DNA of 64,000 nucleotides from sequence record PP886229; one strand, given 5' to 3'. The translations under genes were made by a program, and so were the position numbers. Positions within the stretch are counted from its first letter, which is position 1; the number at the start of each line of letters is the position of its first letter. Source of the DNA: Escherichia phage vB_EcoM_E9. Shown piece by piece: positions 62,617-64,000 of the stretch. The notes below the pieces were generated by a model that saw only the letters and a list, made by a program, of their open reading frames with translations, had not been told where the DNA came from and did no database searches.

Positions 62617-63686
62617 TTAACCAACACCCAATCTTTTTAGGTGGTGAGAGAAAGACGTTTGACTCACTTAATAAACACTACCCAAAAATCTTTGAACTAT
62701 ATAAACAACAAAAAGCACAAGACTGGTCAGAAGATGAGTTCCCTTTTGAACAATCACGTCTTGATTTTGAGAGTGTACCAGCATCAATGTCAGGTGTAAT
62801 GCTTGAGATTCTTAAGTGGCAGTGGGAAGCAGATACCCAAGTTGCTAAGAGTTTAGCATTTTCCTTTGCACCATTCATCTCTGATGACATTTATGCAACT
62901 GCAATTGTGAAGCAGACTGAGATTGAAAACCTACACGCTCTCACTTACTCGGAGATTGTAAGGCAATGTATTAAAAATCCTGAAACAATCTTAGATGAGA
63001 TTAACCAGAACATTGCTGTACAAGACCGATTAAAAACTGTGAACCGTGTTCTTGAAGAATTGCTGGACGAAGGTATAAACTATCGGCTGAGTTATGTCCG
63101 TGACTCACTTCTGGATAAAGACCCTTTACACTTCCATAAAGTAATTCTAAAAGGTCTATTTGCAGTTACTGCACTTGAAGGTATTTCTTTTATGGCATCC
63201 TTTGCATGTACTTTTGCACTTGATGCTCAAGATAAATTTCAAGGTATTGCTCAAGCTGTCCAGAAAATTATGCTTGATGAAATCCTTCACACTAAAATTG
63301 ATATTGAAGTTTTAAAAGAAACTTTAAGAGATGATGGGTGGCAAAAAGCTTTCCAACAAATTCTTCCAGAGATTAAAGTAATCTTAGATGAAGTAGTTGA
63401 AAGTGAAGAGAAATGGTCGTATTATATCTTCTCCGAAGGACGTGCTGTAGTTGGGTTAAATACAAAGCTTCTTCATGAGTGGGTTTACTATAATGCTGCC
63501 CCACTGTATGATATGTTTGGCATTCCCAGAGATTTTGTAGCTCCTAAAGAACCACCTTTGAAGTATATGATTAAGAAGATGGAAATTGATAAAGAGCAGA
63601 ATGCTAATCAGGAGCAACAGAACGGTGCGTATTTATTGAATACTGTTGTAGATGATTTGAATAGTGGATTTTTAGAGGTTCATTAA
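62613..63686 (+). CDS. nrdB: ribonucleoside-diphosphate reductase, small (beta) subunit
   Basis: 357 aa directly downstream of nrdA; size and position typical of NrdB. Confidence 0.75.
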   Translation: MINQHPIFLGGERKTFDSLNKHYPKIFELYKQQKAQDWSEDEFPFEQSRLDFESVPASMSGVMLEILKWQWEADTQVAKSLAFSFAPFISDDIYATAIVKQTEIENLHALTYSEIVRQCIKNPETILDEINQNIAVQDRLKTVNRVLEELLDEGINYRLSYVRDSLLDKDPLHFHKVILKGLFAVTALEGISFMASFACTFALDAQDKFQGIAQAVQKIMLDEILHTKIDIEVLKETLRDDGWQKAFQQILPEIKVILDEVVESEEKWSYYIFSEGRAVVGLNTKLLHEWVYYNAAPLYDMFGIPRDFVAPKEPPLKYMIKKMEIDKEQNANQEQQNGAYLLNTVVDDLNSGFLEVH

Positions 63687-63928
63687 TGACTTATGTAATT
63701 TACTCCAAAACTGGATGCCCTCAGTGTGAGACTGCAAAGAATTTTGCGAAAGCTCGTGGTATTGACCATGTTGTGAGAATGTTAGGGCAGGATTATGAAC
63801 TGTCAGACCTGATGGATATTGCACAGATGCCAGTTCGTCAGATGCCATTCATCATGAAAACTGACGGTCAAAACCTAAAACCTGTTGGAACGCTACAGAA
63901 TTTTATGGCAGAGGTGAACAATGCTTAA
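63686..63928 (+). CDS. glutaredoxin / NrdH-like redoxin
   Basis: 80 aa; CPQC redox motif near the N-terminus; adjacent to nrdAB. Confidence 0.7.
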   Translation: MTYVIYSKTGCPQCETAKNFAKARGIDHVVRMLGQDYELSDLMDIAQMPVRQMPFIMKTDGQNLKPVGTLQNFMAEVNNA

Positions 63929-64000
63929 ACGCCTTTGGGAAGGTTTGGTTGTTGATGCACCAGCTATTGTGATTGGTATGCTTGTTGTTAACCTATTTAC
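63920..64000 (+). CDS. partial ORF running off the window end (hydrophobic N-terminus)
   Basis: ATG at 63920 overlapping the upstream stop; truncated by window. Confidence 0.3.

Overview
This window reads as a gene-dense segment of a virulent tailed dsDNA phage with a contractile-tail (myovirus-type) structural module and a T7-like replisome; no integrase or CRISPR array is visible. Layout: (1) 1-1050, a non-coding region saturated with TGTTA(A/G) short repeats; (2) 1194-8845, a minus-strand block of small ORFans plus a GH24 lysozyme and an Ig-like-repeat protein; (3) 9074-10942, a vWA-domain protein; (4) 11109-16376, an array of about 27 tRNA genes interrupted by protein genes, hairpins and a family of stem-bounded non-tRNA elements, one of which carries what looks like a permuted tRNA; (5) 16821-40513, terminase, portal, protease, capsid, sheath/tube, tape measure, Mu/P2-like baseplate and two His-rich tail fibres; (6) 40551-50970, minus-strand thymidylate synthase, DHFR, HTH regulator, lipoprotein, DNA ligase and family-A DNA polymerase, with two ~250 bp C-rich composite repeats bracketing a two-gene cassette; (7) 51228-64000, dNMP kinase, primase-helicase, acidic-tail SSB, 5'-3' exonuclease, GIY-YIG nuclease, class Ia ribonucleotide reductase and glutaredoxin. 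The most unusual signals are the stem-bounded element family and permuted-tRNA candidate inside the tRNA array, the C-rich composite repeats, and the 1 kb motif array. All calls are from reading the sequence and the supplied ORF translations; no database search or folding program was run, so tRNA anticodons and coordinates are approximate.
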